Both the position numbers and the translations under genes were made by a program. Below the pieces are notes generated by a model that saw only the letters and a list, made by a program, of their open reading frames with translations, was not told the DNA's origin and made no database searches. This document shows positions 34,993-39,735 of a stretch of 39,735 bases of DNA, piece by piece. Within the stretch, counting starts at the first letter, position 1. Each line of letters begins with the position of its first letter. Location of the stretch: positions 1 through 39,735 of the forward strand of contig JALRCL010000045.1 in the NCBI GenBank assembly GCA_023268575.1, written 5' to 3'. This stretch comes from Patulibacter sp. (lineage in GTDB: Bacteria > Actinomycetota > Thermoleophilia > Solirubrobacterales > Solirubrobacteraceae).

Positions 34993-36951
34993 CTACAGCT
35001 CGGCCATCGCCGAGTTGATCCCGGCCGCCGCGAACCGCGCGGTCAGCCGGAACGTGCCGCGCTTGGCCTCGCCCGCGGCGACGTCGCGGTTCGGCGCATC
35101 CTGCGTGACCCACGGGAAGTAGACCTTCGACGTCGGCGGCGACCCGGTCCCGCGGTCCTGCACCCGCGTCCCGACGGTCGAGTGGGCCCAGCCCTCGGTG
35201 TACCCGTCGATGTCGAGCATCCGCGCGAGCGCCGCAACGCGACCGGTCGACGACCACAGCCACGCGGCCTGCGACCGCGAGAACCCGCGGTAGGTGTCCG
35301 CCCCGCCGACCAGCTCGATCACCGTCGGGGTCCGCAGCAGCGCCGCGCGGTCCATCCGGCCGTTGACGTTGTTGGCCGAGTTGACTGGGCACATCCCGAA
35401 GTACCCGTTGCGGATGCTGACAGCGACGCGCCACGTCAGGACGGGATCGACGGTCAGGCCGTCCCGGTCGCAGCGGTACGTCGTGAGCGCGTCACAGACG
35501 ACGGTGCCCGCGTCGAGGTCGGGGTGACGCATCCACGAGTCGCGGACCAGCGTGATCTCGTTGGCGGCCTGCACGACCGTCCCAGGGACCGGGTCGGTCT
35601 CGACACCGTCGACGCGCAGCGCCAGGGACCGCTGCGTCTCGTAGCCGTGGATGTTGCCCAACCACGTCCAGGTGCCCGACGGGCCGGTGCGCTGCTCGAT
35701 GGCGTACTCGTACGCGGAGCCGACCTTGAAGTGCGTCAGCCAGTCCGACGTGTAGAGCGCCACCGCCGGGTCGGTGATCGCGGCGGCGGAGACCGCGCCG
35801 AAGCCGGTGATGTAGGACCGGCCCGGCGCGCCCGCACCGGTCGGGGTCGCGCCGACCGCGGTCGCCCGCACGACGTGCGACCCGGACGACAGGTCGTCGG
35901 CGAGCACGAGCCGCAGGTCGTACATCACCTCGTCGTCGGCGAGCGTGTTGTAGTGGTTGATGACGCGATCGGTCGGGGCGAGGTTGCCGCCGTTCGCGAC
36001 GAGGATGGATGCCGGGTAGAGGGCCGAATCGACCATGTCCTGCGCGGTCGGCAGGCGGTTGGCGCGCGTCTTGTCGCCGTCGATCGAGACCAGCGTCAGG
36101 CCGCCGTTGTTCGCGAAGCAGACCCGCATCCCGACGCCGGTCGTGGTGCCGGTCGTCCACTCGCGGTAGGCGCCCCACGCGGTGGCGTAGATGTAGCGGC
36201 CCTGGAACGCGCCGCCCTTCTCCGGGTTCGGCTGGCCGGTGATCGCAGTCCACGTCCCCGACGACGTCATCCCCGCACCGGTCGCGGTCCCGACGGTCGT
36301 CATCGGCAGCCCGATCGACCACGCCCGCAACTGGTTGAGGCCGTAGCCGCCCGGCGCGCCGGTGTAGCGCACGAGCGCGACCTGCTCGTAGCGACCATCC
36401 GCGACGCCCCGGATGAGGGTGTAGTCACGGATCGCGCAGAACGTCGCCGACGCGTTCGTCGCGTTCAGCGGCTTCGACAGGGTCACCGTGTTCGCCGGCG
36501 ATCCACCGGGCCCGGTCAGCGCGGCGATGTACGAGCCCGCCTGCACCCCGGGACCGGTGACCTGCTGCCCGAGTCGCAGGCCAGCGGTCGAGCCAGCCGC
36601 CTGGATCGTCGCCGACCCGGACGACCCGGCGCCGGTGAAGTCGCGGCCGTCGCACGCCACGAACACCCCGCGCCGGGGTGCCCCGAACGCCGCGACGGCG
36701 CGCGTCAGATCACCGATGTCCGCCGCGGAGACCTTCGGCGACAGCTCGTCCCCGGTCACCACCGAAGGCGGAAGCCCCGTCAACCGCACCAACAAATCAC
36801 CATTCGCATCCCGCAACACCCCACGCGTCGCCGGATCACGAATCGTCTCATCCGCATCCCACACCGCAGACTCATCCGCATTCAGCCGCACCCGACCATC
36901 CGCATCCCGCGGCAAACCCCGAGTCAACGCATCCCGCGGCCAATCGCTCAT
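34993..36951 (-). CDS. Putative tail spike / receptor-binding or head-fibre protein
   Basis: 652 aa, Gly/Thr/aromatic-rich and beta-type; fibre-like GQQVTGPGVQAGSYI...TVTLSKP module. Confidence 0.6.
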   Translation of the reverse strand: MSDWPRDALTRGLPRDADGRVRLNADESAVWDADETIRDPATRGVLRDANGDLLVRLTGLPPSVVTGDELSPKVSAADIGDLTRAVAAFGAPRRGVFVACDGRDFTGAGSSGSATIQAAGSTAGLRLGQQVTGPGVQAGSYIAALTGPGGSPANTVTLSKPLNATNASATFCAIRDYTLIRGVADGRYEQVALVRYTGAPGGYGLNQLRAWSIGLPMTTVGTATGAGMTSSGTWTAITGQPNPEKGGAFQGRYIYATAWGAYREWTTGTTTGVGMRVCFANNGGLTLVSIDGDKTRANRLPTAQDMVDSALYPASILVANGGNLAPTDRVINHYNTLADDEVMYDLRLVLADDLSSGSHVVRATAVGATPTGAGAPGRSYITGFGAVSAAAITDPAVALYTSDWLTHFKVGSAYEYAIEQRTGPSGTWTWLGNIHGYETQRSLALRVDGVETDPVPGTVVQAANEITLVRDSWMRHPDLDAGTVVCDALTTYRCDRDGLTVDPVLTWRVAVSIRNGYFGMCPVNSANNVNGRMDRAALLRTPTVIELVGGADTYRGFSRSQAAWLWSSTGRVAALARMLDIDGYTEGWAHSTVGTRVQDRGTGSPPTSKVYFPWVTQDAPNRDVAAGEAKRGTFRLTARFAAAGINSAMAEL

Positions 36952-36959
36952 ACGCCGCC

Positions 36960-36982
36960 ACCCTGCCCACAGAACGCAAAAA
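36960..36982 (-). promoter_or_regulatory. Late promoter motif TTTTT-N12-CAGGGT
   Basis: 8 nt before ATG 36951. Confidence 0.65.
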
Positions 36983-37006
36983 CGCCTCCCCCTAGGGGGA
37001 GGCGTT
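36981..37006 (-). terminator. Perfect 26-bp palindrome, probable intrinsic terminator
   Basis: AACGCCTCCCCCTAGGGGGAGGCGTT running into a T-tract on the minus strand. Confidence 0.75.
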
Positions 37007-37784
37007 CCCAGCCAGAGACACCAACACCAGACACCCTAGACGATCCGCCAGACGACCCGCTACCCTGACCCCCACAACGACGACCCCGGGGCCGCATGCG
37101 GCGTCACCAGCCCCACCGTCCACACAAGCACCAGCACGCCTCCCGCTCGAGGCGGCCACCGAGAGGAAAACCCAGACGCGCAGCATCCGGGACGAGGAAG
37201 ACGACCGCACCACTGGCCGGCACGGCGACCCACCGTGCCTCAAACTTGCGAAAGACACTGGCCGGGGACACGACACCAAACGGCCCCGAGGACCACAACC
37301 CAGCGTCGCGGGGAGCCAGGACAAGAGCCCACCCACACCGGTGGAGCCGCGGGGAACAGAGCGCACTGCCAGCCCGCCAACCAGTCCCGTCTCCTCCCTC
37401 ACCGGGGGAGAACTACGCCCAAGCAACGGCTTGCACCCACACCGCCCCCAAAGCCGCCAAGCCCCACACGGACCGACCCAACCCAGACACGGAAGGGGGA
37501 AAAGGGACCCGCGTCGGTCGGGAGTCCCAGGTTTCGCTCCCCCCTCCCCGGGGGTCGGGCCCTGTGCCGCGGCCTGTTCTCGGGTCTGGGGCTGGGGTCT
37601 GGATGGGGGGTGGGGGTATGCCCTGCTGCACGCAACGATCGGTGCGTGCGCTTTTTGTGGTGTCTCCACACGCGACACGGCTGGTGCTGTGGTCTTGCCA
37701 CAACACAGGGGCGCGAGGAGCGAAAGGCCAGACCAAGTAGCTCGCGTTGTGGTCGGTGTTCTTGGTCGCTGTTTGGGGGCCGTG

Positions 37785-37807
37785 CTTTTGGTCGGTGTTG
37801 CGACGGT
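37785..37807 (+). promoter_or_regulatory. Late promoter motif CTTTT-N12-GACGGT
   Basis: 7 nt before ATG 37815. Confidence 0.7.
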
Positions 37808-37814
37808 CTCGGGC

Positions 37815-38159
37815 ATGGCGACTGAGGTCACGGACGAGATGCGCGCGGCCGAGCCGTTTCGCTGGTGCGTCTACTGCGACGCTGACTGCGAGGTTGTCGA
37901 GCCCGAGCACGCCGACAGCTGTCCGACGAGGACCGGTGTCTATCCGGTCCGTCCGGAGGATCTCGGCCGGCCGTGCCCGCACTGCGGGGAGCGGCCCGAG
38001 GCCTCGATCGGCTGCTGTCGCTGCGATGCGCGGATGGTGGTCGGCGACAGCTACATGCTGGTGCTTGTCGAGGACGCTGATCCGGTGTTGCCTGGTGCTG
38101 CTGGCGCGGCGGTCTACGACGTCGTCTGCATGTCGTGTGCGTGGGCTGCTGCTGGCTGA
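37815..38159 (+). CDS. Cys-rich zinc-binding protein
   Basis: CVYC, CPHC, CCRC and CMSC; 114 aa. Confidence 0.75.
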   Translation: MATEVTDEMRAAEPFRWCVYCDADCEVVEPEHADSCPTRTGVYPVRPEDLGRPCPHCGERPEASIGCCRCDARMVVGDSYMLVLVEDADPVLPGAAGAAVYDVVCMSCAWAAAG

Positions 38160-38167
38160 GGCTGGCG

Positions 38168-38190
38168 TTTTCGGGGTGTGGTGCGACCGT
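38168..38190 (+). promoter_or_regulatory. Late promoter motif TTTTC-N12-GACCGT
   Basis: 10 nt before GTG 38201. Confidence 0.65.
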
Positions 38191-38200
38191 TCGTGTGGTC

Positions 38201-38773
38201 GTGGGCGAGATCATCGAAACGCCGAAGCGTCGATCGGCGCTCGTGGAGCCGCAGCACGTTCGGTGGGCGTTGGAGGCGCTTGCGTTTGAGGGCGGCGATC
38301 TGGCGAAGGCTGCGGATCGGTTGGCGCTTGAGCGTGGTGTGATGGTGACGGGGCAGTCGGTGGCGTTTACGCGTGATCGGCATCCGGAGTTGTGGGTGCA
38401 GGTGAATGCGGATGAGCAGGAGCGGCTGGAGGTTGAGGCTGAGCGTCGTGTTCGTGCGAATGCGATTCGGGCTGCGGCTGTGGTCGAGGCGGGGTTGGAT
38501 CGGATTACGGACCTGGTTCCGGAGTCGGATGATTTGGTGGCGGTGGCGAAGGCGACGGATTCGGCGTCGAAGGCGCAGTCGACGTCGGTGACGGCGTTGA
38601 TGCAGTTGTCGGGTCGTCCGGTGAATGGGCGTCAGGAGCTGGATTTGGAGGGGTCGCTTCGGGCGTTGGCGGCGATCGCTCCGCATCTGGTGACGGACGG
38701 TTCTGCGGTGGAGGAGTCGTCTGGTGATGTGCCGGCGGCGGTGGTTGTCGAGTCGGGTCAGGCTGGGTCGTGA
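38201..38773 (+). CDS. Putative terminase small subunit
   Basis: N-terminal HTH-like ALEALAFEGGDLAKAADRL, long helices and an acidic tail; no other TerS candidate next to terL; function is an inference. Confidence 0.5.
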   Translation: MGEIIETPKRRSALVEPQHVRWALEALAFEGGDLAKAADRLALERGVMVTGQSVAFTRDRHPELWVQVNADEQERLEVEAERRVRANAIRAAAVVEAGLDRITDLVPESDDLVAVAKATDSASKAQSTSVTALMQLSGRPVNGRQELDLEGSLRALAAIAPHLVTDGSAVEESSGDVPAAVVVESGQAGS

Positions 38774-38992
38774 GTGCGCCTTCCATCGGACGAGACGGTC
38801 GGCGCGGTGGAGTCGCTGCTGTTGCGCTGGGTGTCTCCTGCAATCGGGTTGGGGTTGATCGTGCTGCTGGTCGTGACGGACAGCCGGAACCCGTTGACGT
38901 TCGGGGCGGCGGGGTCGCTGGTGTTGACGCGGCCGGTGTCGAAGCGTCGTTCAGTCGACGACACCGACCCGGGGGAGGCGAGCGGCTCGTGA
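38774..38992 (+). CDS. Small membrane protein, holin candidate
   Basis: One or two transmembrane stretches and a charged C-terminus; lies upstream of the endolysin. Confidence 0.55.
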   Translation: MRLPSDETVGAVESLLLRWVSPAIGLGLIVLLVVTDSRNPLTFGAAGSLVLTRPVSKRRSVDDTDPGEASGS

Positions 38993-39087
38993 TCGACCGG
39001 GCGGTGACGTACCCCCGCATCGGGGCGGGGGTCACGCTGGTGTGGGCGTTCTCGGCGGTTCTGGCGTTGCTGGGGGTCGGCACATGA
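38989..39087 (+). CDS. 32-aa single-pass membrane peptide
   Basis: GGAGG upstream; GTGA and ATGA overlaps; IGAGVTLVWAFSAVLALLGV. Confidence 0.5.
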   Translation: MIDRAVTYPRIGAGVTLVWAFSAVLALLGVGT

Positions 39088-39500
39088 CCCCCGTCGGGCG
39101 GGTGTGGTTGCGGCTGTGCGTGTGGGCGCGCCGCTGGGGGCTCATTGCGCTCGTTTTGACGGCCATCGTGCTGGCCGTCGGCGGTGTCGTGCTCCAGGTC
39201 CGTTCGGACCGTGAGGACGACCGTCAGGATCTCGCTCGGCGATACCAGTCGTGCACGCAGCGGGCGGAGGGGACACGGGTCCTGAACGGCAACAGCGCCG
39301 CGTTCCGTGCGTTTCTGCTCGAGCTGGCGGACGTGTCGCGTGACCGGGGGTTGCGCGGGCGGCTGTTGGCGTTGCGGGCCGACATTCGGTTGCAGCGGGT
39401 CGTGAACTGCGATCGGACGTATCCGGGTGGCCGGGCCGAGTCGTTCAAGCATCCGGATCTGGTGCCGACGGAGCGGCCTCGTGTTGCGTCGGGCCGGTAG
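39084..39500 (+). CDS. Membrane-anchored lysis-cassette protein
   Basis: ATG 39084; transmembrane GLIALVLTAIVLAVGGVVL, then a helical domain with two Cys. Confidence 0.7.
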   Translation: MTPVGRVWLRLCVWARRWGLIALVLTAIVLAVGGVVLQVRSDREDDRQDLARRYQSCTQRAEGTRVLNGNSAAFRAFLLELADVSRDRGLRGRLLALRADIRLQRVVNCDRTYPGGRAESFKHPDLVPTERPRVASGR

Positions 39501-39612
39501 GTCGCTGGACACGGGGGTCGTGTTCTTGTTCGCGTGCGTCGTGACGTCTTTGGTGGGGGTCGCCACCGTGGCTGTGGAGATCAACGACCTGTTGAGGAAG
39601 CCCGCCCGATGA
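39481..39612 (+). CDS. 43-aa single-pass membrane peptide
   Basis: GGAG then GTG 39481; GVVFLFACVVTSLVGVATVAV; ATGA overlap with the endolysin. Confidence 0.5.
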   Translation: MLRRAGRSLDTGVVFLFACVVTSLVGVATVAVEINDLLRKPAR

Positions 39613-39735
39613 GCAGCCGCACCTTCAAGCTGACGCAGCCCCGCATGCAGGGCGCTGACGTCAAGGACTGGCAGCGCCTCGTGCGCGACCAGTTCCGCGC
39701 CTGGAAGATCGAGTACCCCGTCGAGCTCGACGGGG
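39609..39735 (+). CDS. Endolysin, 5' part only (peptidoglycan-binding domain)
   Basis: MSSRTFKLTQPRMQGADVKDWQRLV...VELDG fits the PG-binding G-x-DV-x-x-WQ...DG pattern. Confidence 0.75.
   Translation, partial: MSSRTFKLTQPRMQGADVKDWQRLVRDQFRAWKIEYPVELDG

Larger units (their letters stand above)
790..39735. mobile_element. Temperate prophage with podovirus-type morphogenesis; right end not in window
   Basis: Integrase, immunity, replication, packaging, head, short-tail and lysis modules are all present. Confidence 0.95.

Noticed and set aside
36992-37831. ORFs across the late intergenic region (36992-37831, 37096-37740, 37235-37825)
   Set aside because: Low-complexity translations, no RBS or promoter fit, and they cross hairpins and homopolymer runs.
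1-39735. tRNA or rRNA genes, IS elements, introns, inteins, attR
   Set aside because: None recognised by eye; TerL and capsid have normal lengths; attR must lie beyond the window.

Overview
High-GC window, probably actinobacterial. About 790 bp of host DNA is followed by about 39 kb of a temperate prophage whose right end lies outside the window. A large serine integrase (817-2292) sits beside a 5'-truncated host cell-wall hydrolase gene, so attL is at about 785-810. Next come a leftward early operon (Sak/Rad52-like annealase, resolvase, replication initiator, DnaC-like loader, SSB, many small ORFs), a divergent Cro/repressor switch and a secreted S1 protease moron. A leftward podovirus-type virion module follows (TerL, portal, scaffold, capsid, adaptor, nozzle, fibre, ejection proteins; no tape measure or tail tube recognised). 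After an ~800 bp non-coding region there is a rightward arm with a TerS-like gene and lysis genes. Best leads: (1) a protein encoded between terL and portal carries a 24-aa near-copy of a portal segment, conserved at protein but not codon level; (2) a late-promoter-like motif, T-tract-N12-SANNNT, precedes seven late gene starts on both strands; (3) a perfect LexA box covers the start of an orphan gene, a candidate SOS antirepressor for a non-cleavable repressor; (4) the last ejection protein has a circularly permuted M15-like peptidase; (5) an antisense ORF over the integrase 3' end is a candidate RDF. All calls come from reading motifs and gene order by eye; no searches were run.
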